From NCBI RefSeq assembly GCF_009914755.1, contig NC_060926.1: 64,000 nt of DNA; one strand, 5' to 3'. The stretch is from the human T2T-CHM13v2.0 reference genome, Homo sapiens. Position 1 is the stretch's first letter. Each line of letters opens with the position of its first letter. Under the pieces are notes generated by a model that saw only the letters and a program-made list of their open reading frames with translations, did not search any database and was not told the origin of the DNA. The translations under genes were made by a program, and so were the position numbers. Positions 14,861-27,135 of this stretch are shown piece after piece.

Positions 14861-16340
14861 GATTTTGGTACTGAGTGGTCCTAGAAGAACAATTTTAAGG
14901 ATGTGTTTTCTGAATTCATTCTGGCACTTCTGGAATTGTGTCTCTGATTAGATTTAAAGACACTAATGACTATTTCTAGCAGTAAAGAGCATTGATTGTC
15001 TATGATGTTATCTGTCAATTGAGATATGCAAAATATCTGCATCAGATACTCCTAATCTACCACTTATAAGAAGCAAGCAGCAGGGTGACTGTTTATAAAA
15101 TACTTTTGAACATTCTTGGAAAACTAATGAGTAAGTAAGTTTAACTGGTTGCTGCTAATGCTGCTGAACAAAGTGGTTTAAAAAACAAAACAAAACCAGA
15201 TGAGCTCAGAGCTCAGGAATTCAAATTCCAACTCAAGCACTGCATAAATAAGCTGAGAGCTTCTACTTATGCCCTCAAAGAGACCCTTATATCCTGTAGC
15301 CACACGATTGAGATTGCTGAAAATCAAACACAGGATATCATCCTGAAACTGTCTCAATTACAACATAAGTTGAATTCTCAGCCTTGCAGAATATCAACTG
15401 TAAAATTTAGGCATTTTTACAGTTGGGCAACTATAAAAGAGGGCATTGATTTGGAATAAATTGGAATCGGCATGTTAGAATTGAGACATGTGGGAAGATC
15501 CTGATGAAATTTGGGTCATTAAGCCCTTAAACTCTGATGAGACTTCTTTGCCAGTGGCTTCTCCCCCGTGAGGGGTAGCAGCCTCTCCACAACCTTCTCC
15601 TTCTAAGTGGATTAACCCTGCATTGCCCAAGGAAATTGCAATGGGCTCCCCTGAGACAGTTGCCTTGAAGACAATGCTAAGTCCCCCTGGGACTCACTTT
15701 CACTGCTCCTCCTTGATTCTAGACCTACAACCTGACTTATGTCTTAGGGGAGCCCAAAGGGTAAAGTACAAAGAATGTGAATCCATGAGGAGACACTCTA
15801 TACTTCAAAATAACTACTCAAATTTTCTAATTTATACAGGCAGAATCTGTAAAACATGTGCTGGAATAGATCTTAACATCAAAATAAAGGTAAAAGGAAC
15901 ATAATGTCAAATCAGAAAAAAATTAGTTGTAAGGGCTCACCAAACAGATTCTGCATCTAATGTTGCAGTTTGAAAAGATAGAAAGGGCTATAACAATTTG
16001 TTTGGTTGGCTGAAATACTCACCAAAAAAACGTGGATCACAGTGATCAAGCTGGAAATGCTGGGCTGACTTGATTTAACATAGAGCAGGGGACTCAAAGG
16101 GTTAAGGTGATTGGAATGTTAGAATAAGTTTGTTATTTAAGACCTCATTATCCACACTGGGAAGGTCCAGAAGGCATATCTTTTACCAAAACTATGAGAA
16201 GTAAATTTACAACATCCCTGGCATCCTTGAAGAGATCTATGATTACTCTTCTCTGTAGACCAGACCTTACAGTGGGCGCTGCCGTCACCAAACTGGAAAA
16301 TCTAAATGTAATGGGGGTACTTGAATCCCAGGGAAGCAGG
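14861..16340 (+). mobile_element. ERV-L (HERV-L-related) internal region: leader plus decayed gag, 3'-truncated
   Basis: Begins GATTTTGGTAC directly after the LTR. ORF 16194 SLKRSMITLLCRPDLTVGAAVTKLENLNVMGVLES resembles the ERV-L Gag C-terminal part; AENQTQDIILKLSQLQHKLNSQP-like segment near 15316. Confidence 0.85.
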
Positions 16341-17264
16341 AGCTTATATATACTAGGTAGGTCTACAATGACTAAAGAAAAAAATACAGCAAAACTCAAC
16401 TTCCAAGTTTCAAGTTATTAGCAAATTTCCACAGCTTTTCAAAGATACTGATAATCAATAGAAAAACTATCTTATTGATACATGAGGTCTCCTCTATCTC
16501 AAAGCACATAGGAGTGCATCTTGCAGAATCAGCAGTCAAATGTCATTAGATGCTTGTGCATAGCAGCTGATTTAGAAGATGCAGAATGTTACTGGAGACA
16601 TTAAAGGGAAGATTCATGTAGCCTGGTAGCCCCAATACTTTTCTAGAGTATTTATGAACCTTGAATCTACCAAAAATAGCTTATTAATACTGGTCACTGT
16701 TTTATGGGAGTCTATTAATCACATGCTGGTGTGTTACATCCCAGTGGCCTGTAATATAACATTTAAAGTAACTTACAATTATCATGGGTAAAACAAAGCT
16801 AACTTTTACGTTACAGGTATAACATTTTTCTGATTTGTAAGAAGTGGAAACCATGTGTTCAGATGTATATTAACATTTTATGTGTTTAAATGCTTCATAT
16901 TTTCCCATACTATCTCAATTCAGACTAACTTTTACTTGGTCTCTCTCGGACTTGATGACAGATTTTTCAGTGAAAGAAATCATAGGAATAAATAAGCATG
17001 ATTCTAGATGTAGTATTCTCCATATACAAGAAGTATGGGGGCCAAGAAAACTTACTTACAAAACTCTTCAAACCAATAGATGAATGATAGGCTACTGAGT
17101 CCTAGTGGACTCAAAATTAACAGCAATTCCTTCACAGATTGGTTGAAATTTTTAAACTGGTCAAAATCTTGCCAAGTGTAAAGTTGAATTATAATGATCC
17201 ATTTTGAGACCCTGGCCTTATTATAAAGTATTGTATAATTATATTTGAAATATAAGGTTAGAGA

Positions 17265-17576
17265 AATATACTTTAGAGAATTTATCCTACAGAAATAAAG
17301 GCAGCAGTATTTAAGGATATATGTATAAAGCTCTCCATTAAAACAATGTTTGAAGTAGCCAAACCTGGAAATTATCTGAATGTCTATCAGTAAGAAAAGA
17401 TTGATTGGGGCTTTAACATATTCACTTCATGAAACATCATTCGGCTATTGAAAAGAATGCATTAGATCCAAACTATTGTTTTGAAAAGAGCAATTATATA
17501 TAGTTAGTGAAAAAGCAAGTTGTTGATAAATATGTATTGGATAATTTCATTTATGTAAAACAAATTATCTAAAAGG
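17265..17576 (+). mobile_element. Old L1M (L1ME-like) 3' fragment, continuing after 18235
   Basis: GAGAATTTATCCTACAGAAATA...GGAAATTATCTGAATGTCTATCAGTAAG...TTAGTGAAAAAGCAAGTTG. Confidence 0.7.
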
Positions 17577-17578
17577 TA

Positions 17579-18235
17579 CAGAAAGTAGTTCTTTCAACCA
17601 CCTTCCACTTAACTGATGCAACAAATTCATCTATGTTCCTTATTCCTCTATAAAATGTGCAAAAAGCTCATAGATTTTTCCCTGAAAATTGATTTCAATC
17701 TAGTTATCCACACATTTCTATTCCTACCATTAAACTTTCACTTACTAAGGATTAGTTGTATTTGTTACCAAATCTCTTTGTGCACTTGTTCTTCCTATTG
17801 CAATTATGACATTTAATAAAACATTACACGAAGTTATTATAAATAAATGTGATGAAAGAGTTATTGCTTCTATGAAAGCAAAATTAAAAACTTTGGAAAG
17901 ACTACAGAAATGAAAATCACTAAAACATATATATTTAGAACACAGATATGGACAAAACCATTGTGAAAGGAGCAGGGTAGAAAATTCTACATTAAATTGC
18001 TTAGCAAATGACTTCAAAATTTTGATGCACTTTAAAGAAACCCAAACTGGAAGTTTTGATGTAGCTAATGCGAGAAAGTTTAAAATCAGCTGGTTCATAC
18101 TCTTAGAAATATAATGTGTTTAAATGTATGTGATTAAATTAGAAGATTTTCAAGCTATACCTCTATCAGTTTTATACTCCCCATTTATTGAAGAATTCCC
18201 AGTTCTGATGAATGAGATAAGAGATCTTTGATCAT
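17579..18235 (+). mobile_element. Ancient TcMar-Tigger element with transposase HTH remnant
   Basis: Starts TA|CAG. From 17854 it translates ERVIASMKAKLKTLERLQK*KSLKHI and from 18029 TLKKPKLEVL, resembling CENP-B/Tigger N-terminal HTH domains. It interrupts an L1M. Confidence 0.55.
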
Positions 18236-19379
18236 ATGTATATATATATACTGTGAGTGTGCAAAATACTCGCACATGAAAGGATATATGTCAATTTATT
18301 AACGTTGGCTACCATGGATGGAAAGCTGGATGAGAAAAGTAAAAGGAAAGAAGAAGAAGAGATAAGAAAAAAAGCTGTGGCAAATAAGAATATATGCATG
18401 GTATTCTATATCATATGTAGAATAAAATTCTATCTGTAATGTTGCCATATACACATAAAAATGTGCATGTGCACAAGTTCAAGGGTTACCATGAACAAAG
18501 ACATTGATTTCATTAGGTAATGGAACATTGAGTAGTTTTCTTTCTGGCTTCTAACTATTCTAATGTAGTGTTCTCACTAAACTGAAAGAAATTAAAACTT
18601 AAAAAAAGAAAATAGAAATGAGAGAATGTTGACTTGTATGACTTTACTTCACTAGAGGCTTTGAAGATTTTATTTTACTTTTCTATATGCTACTAATTTT
18701 TTGAGTTATAACACATCACTATTTTAAAAACAAATAACCTTGGGGGATGGGAACATAAATTATTTTAAAATTTCCTAAGGAAAGAAATTAAAGGGCATGA
18801 TAATTAAAAAATACTGCCTAGAAGAGAAAACATACTATTTCTATTCTAATTATTTACCTTAGTGCTGATAGCATGTATGGTCAAAAAAGAAAAATGTGAC
18901 GATGTCAGATTGTTGAGTGAGAATTGAGTGCTAAGTTAAATAAATGAGTCAGTGTATGTTTTTCACCCTTCCTTCAAAACCAAAATGAGGAAATGAATAA
19001 TTTAGCCTCCAAAAACTTAGATCTTGAGAGCAGATATTAAAGCTGGGAAATCTTCCCTGTGACACTTGTTTACTAAATTTGTTTCATGGTAGAGTACTGA
19101 AAGAATTTCAAATACAGTTTGGATCAAAACGCAAAGAATTTTTGATGTTAATCCATTAAAATGTATAAAGAGTTGTTCACACAGAAAAACTTCTGGCAGG
19201 TCTAATATTTCAAGTTGAAAAATAACTTCCATATGGTTCTTAATTGTCCTTTTGTTAGATATTAAATAACTATCTGTTTCTTTGTTCCTACTTTCTTTGA
19301 CTCTGAGAAAATGAACAAAATTAGAACAACCCTTTACCTACCCCTTCAATATGAATTTTCATTTATTCACAGTGAAATT

Positions 19380-20245
19380 AAACATTTTTGTAACTTTTAT
19401 ATATGTTTTCGAACTTACATGAATGAGGCAAGAATCATATAAAGATATTACGTATACCCTTTACCTAAGTTTAAATATTTCAAAGACTTTGTATAATTGT
19501 TTTACATTACTTCTCTCTCTCTTTCTCTGTCCATCATGTATCTATATTTCAGAATTATTGGAGAATGTGCTGCAGACATTATAGCCCCTTTCTTCTAACA
19601 CACCAATGAGTGTTTCCTAAGAACAAGCGCCTTCTGTTACATAATTGTGCTACCATTATAAAAATCAGAAAATTTAACATTGTTACTATACTATCATTTA
19701 ATCTGTAGTCTATGTTCAAATTTTGCCAGTTGTATCCTTAATGTCCTTTCTCACAAATTTTCTCCTGGGTTTAGGATCCAATCTGGGATGATATGTTGTA
19801 TTTAGTTGTCAAGTCTCCTTATACTCTTTTCTGCTAAGAATATTACTTTAATATGATCACATTTTTAATCAAATCTACTAATTTTATATAAATTTTTAGA
19901 AATGATAACAGCTAAATAACTTCCAACTGAATAGTATATCTCCCATAGTCTGTTTAAATCTGGAAAGGATTCAGAGCCTTTCTTTGTCTTTCTTCACTTT
20001 GGTACTTTGGAAGAGTACAGTGCAGTTATTTTGTAGAACGTACATCAATTTGAGTTGGTCTGATAATTTCTCATAATTAAATTTAGTCTATGCTTTCTTC
20101 TTCAACAATGCCACAGGAATCTCAGTGCATCATATCAGGAGGCCCATAGTGTCTAGTTATCTCATTGCTGGTAATGTTAGCTTTGACTACTTGGTTAATA
20201 TGGTGTCTGTAGTTTTCTTCAGTGTAGGGTTACTGCTTTTCTTTT
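19380..20245 (-). mobile_element. L1MC4/L1MC5-like 3' end
   Basis: TGCAGACAT...TTTCCTAAGAACAAG...AAATTTAACATTG...TTTAGTTGTCAAGTCTC...TCAGTGCATCATATCAGGAGGC. Confidence 0.75.
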
Positions 20246-22133
20246 TGTTACTAAGCATTTTCTTATTTTTCTTTTAAATTGTTAAAGTACTCTTATCTTA
20301 GGCTTTTTACTTAAAACAGCACATATTTAAATTTTGACTCAATCTGAGAGTTGTATTATTTTAATTGGAGTGTTTAATGCATTTCTATTTGTTGCTATAA
20401 TTGATATGCATGTCTAAAATCCCCAGCTTCTCCCATCACTCTTCATGATCCTTTTTGAAGTCCATGTATAATTCTGATGATTTAAAAAATTTCAAAAATT
20501 CTATTTCTGATAATTCAAAAGCCTTGCACTACCAAGTATCTAACCACTTAATACTACTACAAATACAATTCTTAGCTTAGCTTGAAATTGTGTGTGTGTG
20601 TGTGTGTATGTGGATGTGTGTATTTATATGTGAGAGTGTGCATTTTTGTTTGTGGCTCTGCCTCAAGTTGTGATTTCTCTGAGAACAATGCCTCTGTAAT
20701 TATTCCCAGACCTTGGCACAGTTCTCGTCATATATAAATGGTACCTGAATCACCTGCCATGTTACATGGCTCCAGGAGGTCACCATTCACATTCTTGTCT
20801 TGAATGGACTTTCCTAGAACAGAACTTTATAGCCAATGATAGTCCTAGAGTTGTGCATGCAAAGACCCTGAATGGTGTTCAATAATGAACATGTGAACAA
20901 TTAGATGCCTATTTTTCCATTGTTTATTATAGCTAGACACAGGGCGACAGACATGGAGTGACCTTGCTTTATTCAGTGTCTCTCTCTCTCTCATAACTAA
21001 TGATTCCAAGATCGTATGATTTTATTCTTCCATCACTTTGACAGTTTCTCGTTATTAATTAGACTCAACGTTCACATGACAGAGTTCATATTTTCCTTCA
21101 CATTACAAATATACTGTAAAGCTTTCTGGACTTGGAGGCAGAGAGCTTACTCTAGCAAGCACTTGCTCTCCCTACCATCTCAAATCCTTAGGTCTATCTT
21201 GCTTTCAATCATCTTGAACAGATAACAATATTATTTTAAAGGGCATTAAGCATGAGTAATCGCTTTTCTTCATGGCTTTCTATCTTCACTATTTGCTTAC
21301 AGTATTTTTAAAGGTAAATTCTACATACCTTAATGGAAAAATTTTAAGAATAAAATTTAAAGAGTTTTAAAAAATACAATTGCCCTTGAAACCCACCAGT
21401 TTCATATTAAACTACAAACAATTTCATAACTTTAGGAAATTTCCTCTTACCACTTCTCAGCCAATCTCCACCTGCTCACCCATAGGAAAGTACTTATCTT
21501 TGTGAGGATTTTTCTACTATGTATAAGTTTTGTCAGTTACGAAATGCCGTATACATACAATACACACCCATTTTGTGCCTGGCATCTTTTGCTCAGCACA
21601 ATGACCTTGAGATTCATTCATTATGCTTTTGTATGTACTTTATTTCTTTTAGTTGTTGAGTAATACTCCCCTGAATGATTACACTACAATTTATATATCC
21701 AGTCTTACATTGATGGATATTTGAGTTGTCTCTAGTTTTTGACCCTTAGAAATACAGCTTCTATGAAGACTCTTGACTAAGTGTTTTTGTGGACGTATTA
21801 TTTTATTCCTCTTGATTAAATACCTAGGAGTGCAACTGTTGTGTCACAGGTGAATGTATGCTTAGATTTGTAACAAACAAAAAGCACAATCATTTTCCAA
21901 AATCTTTTTATCATTTTATATTTCTACTGGCAATTTATGAAAGTTCCAGCCACTCTATATGTTCTCCATTATTTGGGACTTGACAGTCAATCTTTTTATT
22001 TTTAGTTTTTCTGGTGAGATTGTAGTGATATTCGATTGTGGTTACAACTTCCTGTTGACTATATTCAATAACTTTCCATGTGCTTATTGTATTGGCTATT
22101 CATAAATTTTTTTGGAAAATGTTCATTCAAGAA

Positions 22134-22166
<33 letters not shown>

Positions 22167-22169
22167 GTT

Positions 22170-22547
22170 TTACATTTTGATTTCAATAGCTTCTGGGGTA
22201 AAAGCGTTTTTTTGTTACATGGAAGAATTGTGTAGTGGTGAGTTCTGAGATTTTAGTTCACCCATCATTCAAGTAGCGTACAATGGACCTAAAATGTAGT
22301 TTGTTTAAATCCCTAACCCTTTCCCCACCCTCCCTATTCTGAGTCTTTAAAGTCCATTATATCACTTTGTATGCGTTTGCATACTCATAGCTTAGCTCCC
22401 ACTTATAAGCGATAACATAGTTTTTTATTTTCCACTTTTATGTCACTTCACTTAGAATAATGACCTCCATATCCAACGAAATTGCTGCAAAAGACATTAT
22501 TTTGTTTGTTTTTATGGCCAAGTAGTATTTGACGTGTATATATACCA

Positions 22548-22590
<43 letters not shown>

Positions 22591-23005
22591 TAGAGACGGG
22601 GTTTCACCATGTGTTCGCCAGGATGGTCTGGATCTCCTGACCTCGTGATCTGCCCGCCTCAGCCTCCCAAAGTGCTGGGATTACAGGCATGAGCCTCGGC
22701 GCCCAGCCCACCACATCTTCTTTATCCACTCATTAGTTGGTGGGCACTTAGGTTGGTTCCACATCTTTGCAATTGTAAATTTTACTGCTATAAGCATATG
22801 TGTGTAGGTGTCTTTTTCATATAATGACTTCTTTTCCTTTGGGTAGATACTTAGTAGTGGATTGCTGGATTGAATGGTAGATCTACTTTTAGCTCTTTAA
22901 GGAATCTCCGTACTGTTTTTCATAGAGGTTGTACTAGTTTACATTCCCGCCAGCAGTGCATAAGCCTTCCCTTTCCTCCACATCCACACCAACGTCTATT
23001 GTCTG
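22170..23005 (-). mobile_element. L1PB (L1PB1-like) 3' end nested in L1M
   Basis: TTTCAATAGCTT..GGGGTA...GTTACATGG...TGAGATTTTAGT...TAGCTTAGCTCCCACTTATAAG. Confidence 0.85.
22550..22708 (-). mobile_element. Alu left monomer only (AluSc/Y diagnostics) with 39-nt poly(A)
   Basis: T39 followed directly by AGTAGAGACGGGGTTTCACC...GCGCCCAGCC, flanked by ACCACAT repeats. Confidence 0.9.
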
Positions 23006-23533
23006 TGGTTTGTGTTTTTTAAATTTAATTTGTTGTAATCCTCTTATTTAATTGCAGTAATTTTCATATATTTTTAACATCAGTCCTTTTGTCAAATATA
23101 TGTTTTGCAAATATCCTCTCCCGTTTGTGGCTGCTTATTCATTTCCTTAAGCGTTCTTTTTATAGAGAAAAACCTTTATTTTTGAATCTGTTTTTATGTT
23201 TGAAATTATTGCTTTTTGCTTTCTAAGAAATTTTTGCTTTCTGTCACTACATAAAGAGATTATCCAATAGTTTCTTCTAGCAGATTTATGGTTTTAGCTT
23301 TAATGTTAAGGCTTATCATACATATCAAATTAATGTTTTATAGTTTTCAGTGTACAAATCTTTGGCTTATTTGTTATTATTTATTCCTAAATATTTTAGT
23401 CATTTTGATGCTATTGTAAGTAAAGTTGTTTTTTAATTAGTTTTTTAGATAATTCATTGCTAAAGTATAGAAGTACAATTGATTTTTGTGTACTGGTTTT
23501 ATATCTTGAAATCTTACTCGTTTATTTACTCTC

Positions 23534-23536
<3 letters not shown>

Positions 23537-23574
<38 letters not shown>
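23537..23574. repeat. (TG)n microsatellite; others at about 20589-20607, 22135-22167 and 45227-45260
   Basis: Seen directly. Confidence 0.95.
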
Positions 23575-23577
<3 letters not shown>

Positions 23578-23789
23578 GGTGTGTGTATTCCTTAGAATTT
23601 TCTACATACAAGATTATGTCATATGCAAGAATTGATAGTTTTACTTCTCCTTTTCCAAAATGGGTGCATTTTATTTCTTTTTCTTGCCTAATTGCCTTGG
23701 CTAGAAATTCCAGCACAATATTAAATAGAAGTGCTTAGAACAGACCTCCTTCTCTTGTTCCCAATCTTAGGAGGAAAGCATTCAATCTT

Positions 23790-24173
23790 TGATTTGGTAT
23801 GGGTTTGTGTCCCTGCCCAAATCTCATGTTGAATTGTAATCCCCAATGTTGGAGGAGGGGCCTGGTGGGACGTGACTGGATCAGCGGGACAGACTTCCCC
23901 ATTGCTGTTCTCATGATAGTGAGTGAGTTCTCATGAGATCTGGTTGTTTAAAAGTGTGTAGCACCTCCCTCTTCTATCTTCCTCTTACTTCAGCCATGTA
24001 GGTCATGCCTGCTTCCCCTTCACCTTCTGCCATAATTAAAAGTTTCCTGAGGCCTCCTCAGCCATGCTTCCTGTAAAGCCTCCAGAACCAGGAGCCAATT
24101 ACACCTTCTCTTTTCTTTATAAATTACTCAGTCTCAGGTAGCTCTTTATAACGATATGAGAATGGACTAATTA
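23790..24173 (+). mobile_element. MaLR solo LTR (MSTA/MSTB-like) nested in L1M
   Basis: TGATTTGG...CCCAAATCTCATGTTGAATTGTAATCCCCAATGTTGGAGG...CAGTCTCAGGTAG...GAATGGACTAAT. Confidence 0.92.
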
Positions 24174-27024
24174 ATTTCATCATTAATTATGATAGTAAGT
24201 TGTAAATTTATCAGAGATAATTTTTTATCAGAGATAAATTTATCAGGGATAAATTTTATCAGGTAAGGAAGTTCCTTTCTATTTATCATTTATTGAGTAT
24301 TTTTTTTATCATGGAGCAGTGTTGGATTTTTTCAAATGCATTTTCTGTGTCTATTGAAATAATCATTCTTTGTCTTTTATTCTGTTGATATGGTGTATTA
24401 TATTAATTGATTTTTAAAATTACTCCAATCTTGCATTCCTGGGATAAACTCTATTTTGCCATAGTGTATAGTACTTTTTTATATAGTGTTAGATTTAGTT
24501 TGCAATTCATTATTTGTTTAGGACTTTGAATCTATATTCTTAAGGGATATGGGCCTATTTTCTAGTGACTCCTTTTTCTGGTTTTGGTATCAGGGTAGTA
24601 ATTGGCTTTATAAAATGATTTGAGAAGTATCTTCCCCTCCCTCTTCCTCCTCTTCTCTTTTCCTTCTTGTGGAAGAGATTGGGAAGAATTTGGTAGAATC
24701 CACCAGTGAAGCCATCTCGACCTAGGCTTTAATTTTTGGGAAGATTTTCGCTTAATGATTCTATTTTTTTTTTACTTGTTATAAGTTTATTGATATTTTC
24801 AATTTCTTCTTAATTTAGTTTTAGTATTTTACATCTTTCTACCTAAGTTGTATATAATTGTAGCTAAGTTATCTAGGTGATTGAATTTGTTGTCATAGTG
24901 TTGTTCATAGTGTTTTGTTATAATCCTTCTTATTTCTGTAAGGTCAGTAGTGATAGCCCCTCTCATTCCTGATTTTACTAATTTGAGTTATCTCCTGTTT
25001 TTCTTGTTTAACCTAGCTAAAATATGACAATTTTGTTGATGTTTTCAAAGGAGCAATGTGTGGTTATTTTCTATTCTCTATTTGATTTATTTGTACTGTA
25101 GTTTTGTTATTATTTTCTTCCTTCTGTTTGTTCTGTGTTTAGTTTTCTCTTATTTTCTTAGTTTGTTAAGGTGGAAATTTAGCTTATTTGTTTGAAATTG
25201 TTCTTCTTTTTAAATGTAGATGTTTATAGCTATAAATATCCATCTAAAGATTGTATAGGCACATCCTGTAAGTTTTTGTATGTTATATTTTTGTTGTTAC
25301 TCATCTCCCAGTGTTTTCTAATTTCCCTTGGGATGTTTTATTTGACCTAGTGATTATTTCAGAATGTGTTTTTAATTCCTATGTTTTTCTCAAATTTTCT
25401 TTCTGTTATTGATTTTCAGTTTAATTCCATTTTGGTCAGAGAACATATTTTGTAAGATTTCATTCATTTTAAATACATTGAGGCCTAAAATATGATCTCT
25501 CTTAGAGAATATTCCACAAGCATATGAAAATAATGTTTTCTGATGTTGTTGGGTAGACTTTTCTATAGATAGCTTTTAGTTCTATTTGGTTTATAGTATC
25601 CTTGAAGTCTTCTATTCCTTATTGATCTGCCTGGTTGTTCCATTCATTACTAAAAGGGATATATTTATCATTATGTTTAAGGGTATTTTTACTGCATGTG
25701 GAATTCTGAATCCCCAGATTTCTTTTACTTTCTGTTTTTTAAAGTATATCCATTGCCTTTTGGCTTTGTTTCTGATAAGAAGTTATTGTAATTGTTCTTG
25801 TTTATATAATTTGATGTTTTTTTCTGGTTTGTAATATTTTTCTTAATCTTTGGTTTTAAATAGCTTGACTATAATGCATCTAATATTGGTTTCTTTCTTT
25901 GTTATCTTGTTTACTAAGCCTCACAGATTTGTTTATGTTTTTAACTTCATTTTCTTCGTTTTTTCTCCTTCTAGGAATCCAAGTTCAGATATGTCAGCTC
26001 ACTTGACATTATTTCACAAATATTTGAAGCTCAGTTCATTTGTTTTTCTTTCTACTTGGTGTGTTTAGATGTTTTTTCTTTCATTTGTTTTAGATCTATA
26101 AATTTCTATAGATTTACCTTCAGGTCACTGTTTCTCTCTTCTGGACATTTCCAATGAGCTTTTAAGCCAATCTCATAAATTTAGCATTTTAGATATTTCA
26201 TTTTTTTAGTTCTAGAACTTTAGTTGGTTCTTCTCATACTTTCTATGTAATTGCCAGGATTATCTATTTATTCATTATGATCACATTTTCCTTTAAATCT
26301 CTGAAAGATTTAAATAGAGCTTTAGCATCCTCGTCCACGAATTCCAACACCAGGGGCATCTTGATTGTTTCCAATTATTTTTCAAGTCATATTTTTCTTT
26401 TTCTTTGCATATATAATCTTTAAAATTATTTTGGCACTGTGGTTGCTGTTATAGAGATTCAGGATTATGTTATCTTTGGCATATGTTTATTTGACCTAGC
26501 AGGCAGTTAGTTTTCTTGACTCAGGCCCTATATTCTGGCTTCTTTGTCATGGGAACAAAATGAAATTTCTGCTGAGTTCTTTCAGTCCTTCAGCTGTTGC
26601 TTTGTACATTTTCTTTCACTATTCTTTGTTTTCTTTTGAGATTTGATAATGTAAATAATGTAGTTGAAAATTTATCAGATGCTCTTTTGTGGTGTGCTAT
26701 TTGGTCTTTCAAGTATTCCACTGGTATTTCTTTCAGAAAATGTCTTTCCCTTTGCTATGATTGTATTTCCAAAGGAGGCTGACATCTTCTTACCAATGTG
26801 GACACTCACATTCAGTCACAAGGAATGTGTATCCAACCAAACTGAGGAATAATAATATTTCCATAGTTTCTTTCTTAAAATTCAAAAAGCTGAGAGGTCA
26901 AGCTGAGAGGCATCTATGTGTCCATAGTATAAAGAAAGCAGTCCATTGAAACAAACCCAGCACCCAGAGAAAATCAGAAATGATAGACAAAGAAAGCTAA
27001 AAGATGACCTTGGAAGTATTCAAT

Positions 27025-27135
27025 TCGCTTGTAAGTTCTATAAAAGCAGGATCCCTAGTCTGTTTCATCATTATATCTTCACTGCCTTGAAGAGTGTTTG
27101 GCAAAAGACACAAGATTTTTTGGAATGAATGACTG
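27025..27135 (+). mobile_element. L2 3' terminal fragment
   Basis: TGTAAGTTCTATAAAAGCAGG...GTCTGTTT...GAATGAATGA. Confidence 0.55.

Larger units (their letters stand above)
21300..26600 (-). mobile_element. Long old L1M, antisense (3'UTR, ORF2 and ORF1-region fragments), host of nested insertions
   Basis: Antisense ORF2 remnant [39 protein letters not shown] (to 23716); continuous T-rich L1 motifs. Confidence 0.8.

Noticed and set aside
20400-21290. Possible additional ancient DNA transposon
   Set aside because: Only a vague resemblance; no TIR, TSD or convincing peptide could be shown.
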